Below are positions 31,391-43,326 of a DNA stretch of 64,000 bases, piece by piece (position 1 is the first letter of the stretch; each line of letters opens with the position of its first letter). Location: NCBI GenBank assembly GCA_963676915.2, contig CAXXVK010000053.1, forward strand, positions 96,001-160,000, read 5' to 3'. Both the position numbers and the translations under genes were made by a program. The stretch is from Myxococcota bacterium. Lineage in GTDB: Bacteria > Myxococcota_A > SURF-8 > G963663525. The notes beneath the pieces were generated by a model, which had not been told where the DNA came from, made no database searches, and saw nothing but the letters and a program-made list of their open reading frames with translations.

Positions 31391-31972
31391 GACGAACGCT
31401 CCTGAAACATGAAAAGAAAGAATAGGCTCAAGCCAAGGGAAAACCATGAAAAAGAAGGGGAAAGCAGCGGTACAACGTGTGGGGAGCGTGGAGAAGGTTT
31501 TTCCGAATCGCGGTTATGGTTTTGGATACGACGGATCGGAACGCAAAATTCCTATTGTAAAAATAATGTAAAAGCGTTCTATCCGAAAGTTACGCTGGTA
31601 ATCGTTCAGCCACTTTCAGCCGACGTTCACCTGATATTGCAATTGGTACTGTAACGGATACTTATCTTAACGCAACTCGAACAATTCCTAGCGGAGATTT
31701 TCGTTTTGCGCAATGAAGTTATCGAGGAAAAAAACTTATCCATCCTACAACTTTAAGGAACGGTTGTATTCCAAGGCATTCCAAGGAACCATTTCACGTG
31801 GGAGTAATAAACGAACATACCGAACATACCAGTATTTTTAACGTATTGGCATTCGCAGCAAAGGAGAGGAAACCCGAGTCATTCATGAAAACCCAAATCT
31901 CGGTAGGTTTTGCCTCATCGTCACTTCGATGACAACAACGTTTTCACTCCCGTTCGGATAAATTCCGTACCG

Positions 31973-33229
31973 TCAGCGATCCAACACGGCCAGCACTTCC
32001 AGATGGTGGGTTTGAGGAAACATGTCGAAGGGGGTTACCGTTTTCAGAACGTATCCGAAATCATGGACCAACGCCGCCATGTCACGCAAAGCCGCCATCG
32101 GGTGGCACGAGATCATCAACACCCTCCGGGGAGGTGCGGAAGCGAACAGAGGAAACAACGCTTTGAGTCCCGAACGGGGTGGATCGGCCAACAGCAGCGG
32201 AGCGGGAGGACGTTCCGACAGGAAACGAACCGTGCTTGTGTCCGGCTCGTGGCGGATATCGAGCGTTTTTTTGCCGATTCGGCAGGTTTTTTCGCAACGC
32301 ATGGCAAGAAGACGGATTGGCTTCGGCGATGATGCCTTTTTCATAACGCTCGGCGAGATGCACACTGAAATTTCCCGCTCGGCATACAACTCAACAAACG
32401 AATCGCCTTCGGGAAAATGGCGAACGGCCTCGGCTACGAGCTTTTGGTTGATCTCCCGATGGGTCTGGACGAACATTCCGGGACGAAACGCAAAGGTTTT
32501 GTCCAGACTGCTTTCAAGCAATCCGTTTTCTTCATGTCCGGTCGGCTTTACCCATCGTCAGGCTGAAATGTCCAGCGATTTCGCAAGATTTTCCATGGAT
32601 TCGGGAAATCTTCCCCGTTTCGGCATGATGTGCAAACCGCGTCGCCCCTCGCAATCCACAACCAACTCGAAGTCGGCATCTATGGGCGGCAACGGCGCTA
32701 GTTTCTTTGCCAACGCTTGCGCAAACTCTTCCAATCGAGGATCGAGCACCGGACAGACGCGAAACGGAATCACCCTGTGTGATTGACTTTCCAAGGTACC
32801 GAAATCTCTTGCTTTCCGATGCAAACGACAACGGATGCGGTGACCGAAGGATTCCGCACCGACAAGCGGTTGCACGAGCGAAGTATCGAGATTGTGGGTT
32901 TTGCGCGCCATTTCATGGATCAACAAGCGCTGTTTCCAATCCCGTTGGGCTTCGAGATCCAAATGCGCCCAGGAACAGCCTCCGCAGCGATCCGCCACCG
33001 GACAACGGGGAGAAACACGCAGCGGAGACGGTTTCTCCACATGCTCCATCACCGCGAAAGCATGGCGTTTTTTCTGCTTCGTGATTCGCACCGAACCTTC
33101 GTCGCCCGGTGCGGTTTTTTCGACGAAAACGGCTTTGCCGTCGGGAAGATGTCCAATGCCCATACCACCGAAAGCCAGGCTTTCGATCGTCAGGGAGATT
33201 TTCGATTCGGAGGATAGAGAATGGCTCAT
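31973..33229 (-). CDS. TRAM-domain RNA (uracil-5-)methyltransferase (RlmD/TrmA family), frameshifted
   Basis: IESLAFGGMG, CPVADRCGGC, F(V)Q, DPPRSG, ISC.P..RD, FDMFPQTHHLE across split ORFs. Confidence 0.85.
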
Positions 33230-33279
33230 TGTGTCCGTAGTGTCCTCTCAGGATTCTCCTTAGAGAGTATGGGTACTGT

Positions 33280-34517
33280 CTAGACTCCCAACTTCTTGAG
33301 AATCGTCTGCACGGCGACTCCAACGAAAAACAGCAAAATCGTCACCAGCAGAACGTTGGTGACAGGACCGTTTTTGCGTTCGCGCCCCAGGAGACGACCA
33401 TCATTGTTGAGCCATAATAGCACGAAGGCTAACATCGGCATGAAAAACGCCCCGAAAATACTATAAAATTTCTGCACGGTACGGAATTCCACGATCAACG
33501 ACAGCAGCGGCACGGTTCCAAGAATCAGCAGATAGATTCGATAGGCACGGCGACGTTGGGTCTCGGAAAACGTACGGGATTTCGTGGCTTGCAAACCATC
33601 CACGAACAGCAACGGTACCGATTGCCAGACCCCGAGCAACGAACTGAAAATCGCGCCCCAGGCTCCAACGAGAAACAGGGTTCCCACCCAGGGAGATACG
33701 TGTGTTTTCAAGTGGTTGGAGAGATCGAAAATCAACCCCATTCCCTTGCTTCCGCTAGTGGTCTGGGAACCGATCACCACCATTCCCATTCCGAACAGCG
33801 CCGTAAGAAAATACGCCAGCGCCAGATCAAGACGACTGCGCCGAGGTCTTCCCAACCTTTGCGGCCTTCTTCGCGAATCCAATAGCCGTAACACAGGACA
33901 GTCAGAGTACCGCCGACACCTCCCATCAGTGCGACGGTCCAGGCCAACTCACCGCCTCCCGTCTCGGGCAGTTGCGGAATGAAGAGTCCCGAAAGAATCG
34001 CCAGCGGATCGGGTCGCAACGAAACGGCGCTGACGACGACCGAAAGAAACAACAGCACGGCGCAAACTTCCATGACCCGGACGAACCAGCGGTACCCGCC
34101 GAACCAAAGCAGCAAAATCGCCGCCAGACTGTGTGTCAGACCAAAGGCGGCGCGGACTTCTACCGTGGGTTTCAATCCGCACAACGTTGCGGCGCTCACG
34201 CCGCTGGCGCTGATCAACGCCGCTCCGACGAAGTAGCTCCATAAAAGGAAATACAGGCCGAAAACAAAGAAAAACGGCTTTCCGAAACGTTTGAGAGAAC
34301 CTTCAAGCAACGTGGTTTGAGTGGCCAGTTGCCAGCGGGTCAAGCCTTCGGTCAGGAGATATTTGAAAAACGCTCCCAACAGCACCGCCCACAACACCGC
34401 CATGCCAAGCTTCATCCCCGCGAATCCTCCGGTTGCGAGATCGCCGACACCGACGCCCGTCATCGCCATCAAAATCCCAGGAACAAAGTGCTTGATTTTG
34501 AAACCCTTGGCATTCAT
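33280..34517 (-). CDS. Nramp-like (YcsG-type) metal/solute transporter, one frameshift (~33835)
   Basis: PGILMAMTGVGVGDL, LMGGVGGTLTVLCYGYW, AIFSSLLGVWQSVP. Confidence 0.8.
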
Positions 34518-34662
34518 GAACAAATCTCCATAAAAAGAAACATTTCTTTTACGCGTTTATTTTTGCTTGTGTCAGGTAAAAATCACTCAACTTCCATCTT
34601 AATTCAACGTTTTCATAAAAAACCAGCGATTTTCCCTGCATTTTCCACGGTCCCATCGGATC

Positions 34663-34863
34663 GGGTGCATCATAAAATATAGCGACTTTCGTAAAATCCT
34701 CTTTTTTCGTAGCGGCGAGGCGTAAGCCCGCCGTTTTTGCCTTTTGAAAGTTGCTTTTATACCCCCAATCTCCCTTTTCGGCGGGCTTACGCCTCGCCGC
34801 TACAACCAAATGAATGAATGCTTCAATATTATTGGCCAATTCGCGCCATTTTGTGATGCACCC
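34663..34863. mobile_element. MITE copy 2 (inverted relative to copy 1)
   Basis: TIRs GGGTGCATCATAAAAT / ATTTTGTGATGCACCC; flanks CATCGGATC and CATCGGAAG (7/9 TSD); near-identical body. Confidence 0.9.
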
Positions 34864-34999
34864 CATCGGAAGACTTTCCCCGGAAAAAGGTTGAAACTTT
34901 TCACTGGAAGGGGCAGTAATGGAGTGCTAACGTGAGAGTTGTCCCACAACTCCATAGCATTCTAGTGATTTTTTATCCAACAGCGCACAGGAGCGGATT

Positions 35000-35842
35000 A
35001 TGGCACTGAACCATGACAAGATCGGCCAGCCGATCGGACCCTTAGAAAAGCAGTACAACTGGAAAGACATCGCCCTGTATGGCATCGGTGTGGGAGCCGG
35101 TTTCAAAGACCTGTCGTATGTGTACGAAAACGGCATGAAAGTGTTGCCGAGCTATTCGATCGGCTCGGTCTTTGAATTCCTGATGGAGTCCGCCATCGCC
35201 TCGGATGCCAGCCTGATGGGTATTCTGCACGGTGAGCAGGACATTATTTTCCACAACCCGATTCCGGTCGAAGGCACGCTGACGACCTTGGGCAAAATCA
35301 CCAATTACTATGACCGTGGTGAAAACAAGGGTGCGCTCGTGGTAGCCGAAGCGGAAACAAAGCATTCCAACGGTGATCTGCTTTTCACCAATATTTTCAC
35401 ACTGTTTTCCCGTTTCGACGGCGGATTCGGCGGAGAAGCGCCACCCAAGGATGACGTCGTCTTCCCCGACAGCGCTCCCGATATCACCGTAGACGACCAC
35501 CCCAGCGTCGATCAACCGCTGGTCTACCGCCTTTCCGGCGACATCTTCGGTCTGCACGTCGATCCCGAGTTCGCCCAGGCGATGGGATTCGAAAAACCGA
35601 TCATGCACGGACTGTGCACCCACGGCTACGCCTGCCGTCACCTGACCAACGAACTTTTAGGCGGCGAACCGAAGCTTATGAAGCGGTTCCGCACCCGTTT
35701 TTCCAAACCGCTGTATCCCGGCGTCCCGATCCAGACCCAAGCCTGGAAAGTCGAACCGGGTAAGGCACTGTTCAAAGTCGTGAACAAGGAAACCGGACAA
35801 GTCGTTATCGACAAAGGCATTTGCGAATACGAGGAGCCGTAA
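35000..35842 (+). CDS. MaoC-type (R)-specific enoyl-CoA hydratase (double hot-dog)
   Basis: LYGIGVG, ILHGEQ, YRLSGD..LHVDP.FA..GFEKPIMHGLCT. Confidence 0.9.
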   Translation: MALNHDKIGQPIGPLEKQYNWKDIALYGIGVGAGFKDLSYVYENGMKVLPSYSIGSVFEFLMESAIASDASLMGILHGEQDIIFHNPIPVEGTLTTLGKITNYYDRGENKGALVVAEAETKHSNGDLLFTNIFTLFSRFDGGFGGEAPPKDDVVFPDSAPDITVDDHPSVDQPLVYRLSGDIFGLHVDPEFAQAMGFEKPIMHGLCTHGYACRHLTNELLGGEPKLMKRFRTRFSKPLYPGVPIQTQAWKVEPGKALFKVVNKETGQVVIDKGICEYEEP

Positions 35843-35846
35843 ACCC

Positions 35847-36812
35847 ATGAGTGAATCCCACACGACCGAATCCGTCCGTTTCGATGAAAAAGTGGCTATT
35901 ATCACCGGCGCAGGCCGGGGATTGGGTCGCACCTACGCCCTGGAGTTGGCCAAACGAGGCGCGAACATCGTGGTCAACGACCTTGGCGGCTCGAAAAACG
36001 GCGACGGCGAGTCTTCCGCCAGCCCGGCGGACGACGTGATTGCCGAAATCGAAGCAATGGGCGGACAGGCGGTGGCCTCCTACGATTCCGTTTCCACCCT
36101 CGAAGGGGGAAAAGCTATCGTAGAGACGGCACTCGACCGCTTCGGTCGTGTGGATATTCTCATCAACAACGCCGGAATTCTTCGCGACAAGAGCTTCGTG
36201 AAGATGGAACCGGAGCCATGGCAGGCGGTGCTTGACGTACACCTCAACGGTGCGTTTTACGTAACCCGTCCGGCTTTTGTCGCCATGCGCGAGCAAGGTT
36301 ATGGTCGGATCGTGATGACGACCTCCGCCGCAGGATTGTATGGCAATTTCGGCCAGACCAATTATTCCGCCGCCAAAATGGCGCTGATCGGGATGATGAA
36401 CACTTTGGCCATCGAAGGAGCCAAGTACGATATCAAAATCAACACCGTAGCTCCCGTGGCGGCTTCAAGGCTGACCGAAGACCTCTTTCCCCCTGATATC
36501 GTTGAGAAAATGTCTCCCGAGTACGTGGCTCCGATGGTGCTCTTCCTCTGTTCCGATCGCTGCCCGGACTCCGGTGGAATCTACAATGCCGGAATGGGCG
36601 CGTTCAACCGTGCAGCAGTGGTTACCGGGAGCTGGAAGCGAGTTGGCAGCGGAAAAACACCCCCCACGCCCGAAGAGATTCTCGACGTGTTCGGCGAATT
36701 GCGCTCTCTCGATCCCTATGATGAATATTCCGACGCTATGGCTGCCGTCGCCGGTGGAATGTCGGCTGTCCCCCTAGCCCGGAAAATTCATGAAGAATCT
36801 ACTCCGACTTGA
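35847..36812 (+). CDS. SDR 3-hydroxyacyl-CoA dehydrogenase (MFE-2/Fox2-like)
   Basis: TGAGRGLG, VVNDLGG, NNAGILRD, GLYGNFGQTNYSAAK. Confidence 0.9.
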   Translation: MSESHTTESVRFDEKVAIITGAGRGLGRTYALELAKRGANIVVNDLGGSKNGDGESSASPADDVIAEIEAMGGQAVASYDSVSTLEGGKAIVETALDRFGRVDILINNAGILRDKSFVKMEPEPWQAVLDVHLNGAFYVTRPAFVAMREQGYGRIVMTTSAAGLYGNFGQTNYSAAKMALIGMMNTLAIEGAKYDIKINTVAPVAASRLTEDLFPPDIVEKMSPEYVAPMVLFLCSDRCPDSGGIYNAGMGAFNRAAVVTGSWKRVGSGKTPPTPEEILDVFGELRSLDPYDEYSDAMAAVAGGMSAVPLARKIHEESTPT

Positions 36813-36918
36813 AAAAGGCACATCGAAATCATAAAATCGAACCCGTGGTGGTTCTATTGGTCTCGTCCCAACGATTTTTCTCCTATTAAGGAGTGATGTA
36901 CTCCCTACAGCTTCCAGA

Positions 36919-38758
36919 TTACCGTTTTCTGGAACGTTTTCGAGAGGTCGAGGAGGCCGAAAGCAGGTAGGGTGCCAGATCGCTACGCCCTGCTTTGTCG
37001 AGAGCTTTGCGTACCATGGAGGCATTTTGTGGAAGATGGTACAAAATCAACGCCTTTTGCATTCGTTTGTATTCGGGCCGCTTTTCGACGAAGACAGGTT
37101 TTCCGGTGGCGGGATGACGTCCCGTGGCATACATCACTGTGGAAGCCGTGCCGGGTGTCGGTGTGAAAATCTGGCATTGTTCCGCTTTGATGCGACGTTT
37201 CCTCAAAAACAGCGCCAGTTTCACCATATCGTCCAAACGACAACCGGGATGGGCGGCCATAAGATTACGGGAGCACGAAATGTTTTTTGCCCGCTTTTCG
37301 TGACAATTCTCCGAAACGTTCTTCGAAAGCATCGTAATCGTTGCCTTCCGGTTTGCGCATGGCGGCCAGTACCTCGGGAACGATATGCTCCGGAGCGACT
37401 TTGAGCAGGCCGCTTGTATGGCGGGAGGCCAGTGCTCGAATCAACGGCGGACAGTGCAGCGCCAGATCCATGCGAATGCCGCTTGTGACGAACAGATGTT
37501 TGACGCCCGCCATGTTCCCGGCTTCTCGCAGAAGATCCACGTAGGGTCGCTGATCCACGTCGAGGTGGCGGCAGCGTTCGGGCCATAGGCAGGAAGGACG
37601 GCGGCAGGGCTTGGAGCGTGTGCAGCGCAGTCCGTACATGTTGGCCGTCGGTCCGCCGAGGTCGTTGAGCGTACCCCTGAAACCGGGATGCGCCGTGATG
37701 TGAGCGACTTCATCGAGAATGGAGCGTTTCGAGCGGCTTTGTACCTGTTTGGACTGATGCGCCCCGATAGCGCAAAACGCGCAGCCCCCAAAACATCCCC
37801 GATGCGTCACGACCGAAAACCGCACCTGCTCCAGCGCAGGAATGCGGGATTTTCCAAGACTCGGGTGCGGATTTCGGGTGAACGGAAGGTTGTAAAAACC
37901 ATCGAGCGCTTCGGAATGCGCCACTTCTCGTGGGTTGGAGACGATCCGCATCCCACCGCAATCTTGCACGAATCGGCTGTCCGGGTGCGTTTCGATCGTC
38001 CGAAAGGCGGCGAGGTGTTCGTCCGTGGAGGTTCGAACGGCGTCATCCGAGGGCAGCACGAGGGCGTCGTCAGGCGCTGCAATGCGCTGAGGAATACGGT
38101 AGACCAGCCCTGCAACGTCTTGAATCGCTTCGAGTTGCCGCGCCGGATCGCAGGGGCGTCCCGCGTCCCGCCGGGTGCGTAGATCGCCGTTGGATTCCAG
38201 CAAGGCATCCAGCCGATGGGCGATGGCGACCGAGGCGTTTTCTCCCATGCCGTGTACCAGTACGTCGGCACCGCAGTCCATCAGGATCGGACGGCGGATC
38301 GAGTCGGACCAGTAATCGTAATGGCTAAATCGCCGCAGGCTGGCTTCGATACCCCCGGCCACAATGAACGCCGCTTTGCCATAGGCGCGGCGAATCAGGT
38401 TGCAATAGACGGTCAAAGCCCGGTCCGGGCGACCTCCGGGTTTGCCGTCGGGACCGAAGGGATCGTCCGAACGTGTTCTTTTCAAGGCCGTGTAGTTGGC
38501 GACCATCGAGTCCAGCGCACCGGCGGTGACACCGAAAAAAAGCCGTGGCAGACCAAGCACTTGGACGGATTCGGGCGATCCGGGATCGGGACGCGAGATC
38601 AGCCCGGTACGAAATCCGGCATTCTCCAGCACGCGACCGATCAGGTTGGCCGGAAAGGTAGGATGATCCACGTTCGGATCTCCCGTGACCAACACGATAT
38701 CCAGTGTCTGCCAGCCTCGGGCCTGCATGTCCTCTCGGGAGGCTACAAGATGCGTCAT
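36919..38758 (-). CDS. YgiQ-family radical SAM protein, one frameshift (~37265)
   Basis: VTGD..VDHP.F, GGIEASLRR, HRGCFGGCAFC, DLGGPTANMY, LKVAPEH, AAHPGC, FTPTP. Confidence 0.9.
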
Positions 38759-40134
38759 GGCGTCGCCGCTTCGTCCGAAGAGCTACCCTGAGGCGCACGG
38801 CGCAGACGCAGCAGAAGCAGCAAAGCCAGTAACTCGCTGCCGTTGAGCACGAGCCACATCAGCGCTCCGACCGTCGCCGGAAGGGTGAAGCAATCAGCCA
38901 TCAGAACACCTACGCCGAACATCACGACCACACCCGTAATGGAACTGGCCAAGGTCGAGGAGGTTCGGCCTTCACGAACCAGAAGTCCTCGATAATACAT
39001 GCGAAAAGCGACGAGCAGTGGCGTGGGAACGAACCACATCGCCAAGCTCTGGCAATGATCAAGAACGTCTCCCGTCGCTCCAAGCAACGTACCGAAAACG
39101 ACGGACGAGAACGGTTGAAAACCGATCAATAGGAAAACGAAGGTGAAAAACAGGGCCATGATCGCCAAAAAATGAATGACAACCAACGTCTCCTGTGAAC
39201 TGCGCGTGCGGGCGATGGCCATGGTCTGGCTGCTCATCAGCACCGAGGACAAAAACCAAGCCACGCTACGCAACATGCTGAATGTCGCCAGCGCCGATTC
39301 GGGGTGCAGGGTGCGGCTCAACACGAGGTTGATCAGTAAACCGCTGGAGGTTCCTACTAGAATGGACAGCAAAAACGGAAAGGCGAACCGAAACACGCTT
39401 CCCAGGCTGCGAACGTGCTTGCTTTCCTCGGAAGCATGTAAATCCCCCAAGCGACGACGGATTTTTAGCCCGACATATAGAGTTTCGGCAATGATGGAAA
39501 ACAAAAAAGCTCCAGCTCCCATCAAAGAGCCTGAAATACCGGTTGCCACGCCGACGACGACCACCACTCCCATGGTCAACAGCCGTAAAAACGTACCGAA
39601 TCCCACGGTCGAGGTATGACCGGTGTAACTGAACACGCCACGAAACACGCCACGCCAGGAAATCAGGATCGGAAGCGGACTGAACAGCAACAGCGACCAG
39701 CGGGCCGCTTCGGCGGATTCGGCGGAAAGGCTGAAAAGCTCCCTGAAAACATAGACCTGCAAAGGAGAGAAAACGAAGGTCAGCTCGATCAACCCAAGCG
39801 TGCCGCCGGTGATCGTCGCCACCAGCCAGACTTTTTTGAACGAATCGATTCCTCGAATGAGAGCTACGGACGTGGTTTCGAAACCGAAGGTGAGCGAACT
39901 GAAGAAAATCGAAATCGTGAACGCCACAGCGAAAGCGGCCAGTTGCCCCACCGGGTTTTCCAGACGACTGATGCCCGAGTTGACGATGGGCGTGGAGCCG
40001 GACATCATCAGCATGGTCAGCGCCAGTGGCAGATAGTAGGACCAGGCATCAGCCAGGTTTCGAAGGGGTGCAGACCGGTCGCGTCGGGATTTTTTCGGTC
40101 GTGGCGGAATGGGTTCCAGGTCTACGCTCGTCAC
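38755..40134 (-). CDS. MATE/MOP-superfamily membrane protein
   Basis: About 12 TM in two repeats, LPLAL..LMM, GTFLRL; family assignment is inference. Confidence 0.65.
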   Translation of the reverse strand: MTSVDLEPIPPRPKKSRRDRSAPLRNLADAWSYYLPLALTMLMMSGSTPIVNSGISRLENPVGQLAAFAVAFTISIFFSSLTFGFETTSVALIRGIDSFKKVWLVATITGGTLGLIELTFVFSPLQVYVFRELFSLSAESAEAARWSLLLFSPLPILISWRGVFRGVFSYTGHTSTVGFGTFLRLLTMGVVVVVGVATGISGSLMGAGAFLFSIIAETLYVGLKIRRRLGDLHASEESKHVRSLGSVFRFAFPFLLSILVGTSSGLLINLVLSRTLHPESALATFSMLRSVAWFLSSVLMSSQTMAIARTRSSQETLVVIHFLAIMALFFTFVFLLIGFQPFSSVVFGTLLGATGDVLDHCQSLAMWFVPTPLLVAFRMYYRGLLVREGRTSSTLASSITGVVVMFGVGVLMADCFTLPATVGALMWLVLNGSELLALLLLLRLRRAPQGSSSDEAATP

Positions 40135-40203
40135 CGTTTTTCCTCGCAGTGCGGCTCGCGGTTCACGTTCGGTCGTTGCTCAACCTCCCGGAGTTCCGGG
40201 ACA

Positions 40204-40235
40204 AAAAAAAGGCGGCCCCTCGGGAAAGGACCGCC
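40204..40235 (-). terminator. Probable intrinsic terminator after secG
   Basis: Minus strand GGCGGTCC..GGGCCGCC followed by T7. Confidence 0.6.
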
Positions 40236-40260
40236 CGGATCACCTTCATTGTAGCGTTTT

Positions 40261-40683
40261 TTACTCGGTTTTCTCAACCGGTTTCGCGTCGACAGGCTCG
40301 GCCGGTTCGGCGGCGGGAGCTGCCGGTGCTTCGTCGGCTACCGCTTCAGGTTCGGCCTGTTCGACCGGCGCGGCGGCTTCGGGTTCCACATCAGGCATAG
40401 CAGGCTCTTCGACGGGGATTTCCTGCGCAGGCGCGGCGTAGTCATCGACGATCGAACTGGTTTCACTGGACATGTAGGCCAGAATCATCGATGTCAGCAT
40501 AAACGTCACAGCGGCAACGACGGTCATTTTCTGCAGGAAATTCATTCCGCTCGACGTTCCGACGTTGGCTTGACTGGATCCACCGAAAGCTACACCCATA
40601 CCCGATTTTCCGCTTTGAAGCAGAACGATCAGAATCAGAAACAGCGCAGCGGCAATAAACAGAATCGTTACCAGAGTTTGCAT
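40261..40683 (-). CDS. secG: Preprotein translocase subunit SecG
   Basis: LILIVLLQSGK.GMG.AFGG, FLQKMT; Pro/Ala/Glu-rich tail. Confidence 0.9.
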   Translation of the reverse strand: MQTLVTILFIAAALFLILIVLLQSGKSGMGVAFGGSSQANVGTSSGMNFLQKMTVVAAVTFMLTSMILAYMSSETSSIVDDYAAPAQEIPVEEPAMPDVEPEAAAPVEQAEPEAVADEAPAAPAAEPAEPVDAKPVEKTE

Positions 40684-40921
40684 CGCAACCTCTCCAAACA
40701 ATAAAGAAACCCCAAAGAGTGTGCTGTGTACCCGAAAGCGTAGCAAATGTCAACTTTTGAAACGTTGGTGGGGTATTTTTAAAAGGTAATGGTGTGAATT
40801 TTGGGGGGAAACAAGAGATAGATCAAAGGTTTTGGAACGGGTGCAGCACAAAAAACACAGCCAATGTAGAAACTCTTTCTTTGTTGTAGCGGTGAGGCTT
40901 TCGCTCGCTTTGAAACGAATG

Positions 40922-41123
40922 GAATGCATCACAAAATATAACAACTTTTGCAATATCCTCTTTTTTCGTAGCGGCGAGGCGTAAGCCCGCCGTCTTTGCC
41001 TTTTCAAAGTTGCTTTTATACCTTCCAATTTCCTTTTCGGCGGGCTTGCGCCTCGCCGCTACAATCAAACCAATGAAAGCTTCAATACTATTGGGCCTAT
41101 TCGCACCATTTTGTAATGCACCC
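40922..41123. mobile_element. MITE copy 3 (more diverged), next to a decayed partial copy at 40839-40908
   Basis: Ends GAATGCATCACAAAAT / ATTTTGTAATGCACCC; perfect 9-bp TSD AAACGAATG (40913-40921 and 41124-41132). Confidence 0.88.
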
Positions 41124-41223
41124 AAACGAATGCGCTTGTCTTGACATTCCCCAAGCCGGGAAATAGAGTGAAAAAAAGCGTTTATTTCACAAATTTTATC
41201 GATTCGTATGCCTGGAGGTTGCC

Positions 41224-43207
41224 GTGACTGGAACGACGTCTACCCCTGCGTTGTAAAACGCCCCTTTGGTCCCCGTCCGAAGAACGAGCCGCGAAAAGCG
41301 CCATGCGGGCGTTTCTGGAAAAGGTCAATGCTTCGTTCAAACTCGATCTGAAGACCTACGACGATCTGTATGCCTGGTCGGTGTGAACAATATCTCGGAT
41401 TTCTGGGGGGCAATTTTCGACGAGGCCCAGATCCGTACGTCGAAATCCTACGATCGCGTGGTGGATGACCCCAATGTGATGCCGGGAACGAAATGGTTTC
41501 CCGGTGCGAAGCTGAACTTTGCCGAAAATCTCCTGCGTTTTCGCGACGATCGGGAAGCGCTGGTGGCCTGGCGCGAAGACAAAACCGTAAAGAGGATCAC
41601 CTACCGCGAACTGTACGATGAAGTCTCCCGACTGGTCAAAGCCCTGAAAAAACTAGGGATTACGCAGGGCGACCGTGTGGCGGGTTATCTTCCCAACGGA
41701 ATTCACGCCGTGGTGGCGATGCTGGCAACTACCAGTCTCGGTGCCATCTGGTCTTCCGGGTCGCCGGATTTCGGCGTGCAGGGAGCGACCGACCGCTTCG
41801 GCCAGATCGAACCCAAAGTGCTGTTTTGCACCGATAGTTATCTCTACAACGGAAAAACATTCGGTCGCCTCGATCACGCCGCCGAAATCGCCAAGAATAT
41901 CGGTAGCATCAAACATATCGTCGTTGTGCCATTCGTGGACGAACGCCCGGATCTGGGCCAGCTTCCCGAAGCGGTCCATTACAACGACCTGATCGCCGAT
42001 GAAGTGGCCGGAGACATCGAGTTCGTGCAGACACCCGCCGACCATCCCGTTTACATTCTTTATTCCTCGGGAACCACCGGCGTGCCGAAATGCATTGTGC
42101 ATGGAGCCATCGGCGTTTTGTTGCAACATTATAAAGAATTGGCTTTGCATACCGGCGTGACACGCGATTCCTCCATTTTCTATTTCACGACCTGCGGTTG
42201 GATGATGTGGAACTGGCTCGTGTCATCGCTGATGCTGGGCGCACGAACGGTGCTGTTCGACGGTTCGCCGTTTTATCCCGGACCGGAAATTTTATGGGAG
42301 ATGGCCCGAAAAAGAAAAGCTCACCGTCTTCGGCACGAGCGCCAAGTACCTGTCCGCACTGGAAGATTCCGGCCTGAAACCCCGTGAAAGCTTCGATCTC
42401 GGTCCATTGCAAGCGGTTTGTTCCACCGGTTCGCCACTGGCCCGCAAAAGCTTTCATTATGTTTATCGCGACATCAAGCAGGACGTACAACTCAGCTCGA
42501 TTGCCGGGGGCACCGACATCATTTCCTGTTTCATGCTCGGCAACCCGATGTTGCCGGTTTACGAAGAAGAGTTGCAGTGTCGGGGACTGGGCATGAAGGT
42601 GGAAGCTTTCGACGACGAGGGCCAAGGCGTCATCGGTCGCGAGGGCGAGTTGGTTTGTACGGCTCCCGCACCGTCGATGCCGGTATTTTTCTGGAACGAT
42701 CCCGACATGAAAAAATACCGGGCGGCGTATTTCGAAGTTTATCCGAATATCTGGCGGCATGGAGACTTCGTGGTCATTACCGAAACCGGTGGCGTGATCA
42801 TGCACGGACGCAGCGATGCAACGTTAAATCCCGGCGGTGTACGCATCGGTACGGCGGAAATCTACAACCAACTGGAACCCATGCCCGAAATTCTGGACAG
42901 TCTGGTCATCGGGCAGAAATGGGAGGACGACGAGCGCGTGTTGCTCTTCGTGGTCATGGCTCCCGATACGCCGTTTACGCCCGAGTTGGAAAAAACGATC
43001 CGAACTCGTATCCGCATGAACGCTTCTCCCCGGCACGTTCCGGCGAAAATCCTACCCGTCAAGGCGATCCCCTACACGAGAAACGGGAAAAAGGTGGAGG
43101 TTGCAGTCCGAAAGCTGATCCATGGCCGCCCGGTGAAAAACCGCGAGGCGCTCGCCAACCCGGAATCCCTGGACTTGTACGTGGATCTGGAAGCACTGAA
43201 ATCCTGA
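41224..43207 (+). CDS. Acetoacetate--CoA ligase, several frameshifts
   Basis: WFPGAKLNFAENLL, YSSGTTGVPKCIVH, TTCGWMMWNW, GGTDI, GRSDATLNPGGVRIGTAEIY. Confidence 0.9.
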
Positions 43208-43229
43208 TAAATTTCAGGTAGATAAAAGA

Positions 43230-43257
43230 GTAGGTCGGGTGAAATCACCCGACCTGC
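43230..43257. repeat. REP-A copy
   Basis: GTAGGTCGGGTGAAATCACCCGACCTGC. Confidence 0.85.
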
Positions 43258-43326
43258 GGTTGACCCATCCCACCCGTATCATGGAAAATGAGCCATCCTG
43301 AAAACGGCTCGTTCACTACAGTAGCT

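Noticed and set aside
31400-31970. Long AT-rich intergenic region with short direct repeats (TTCCAAGG x2, CGAACATACC x2)
   Set aside because: The repeats are too short and no stable structure or credible ORF is supported; probably the GH36 regulatory region.
17384-41125. Three similar short ORFs (IEAFIHLVVAARRKPAEK...) at 17384, 34549 and 40823
   Set aside because: They are translations of the MITE copies, with different starts and no RBS; not treated as genes.
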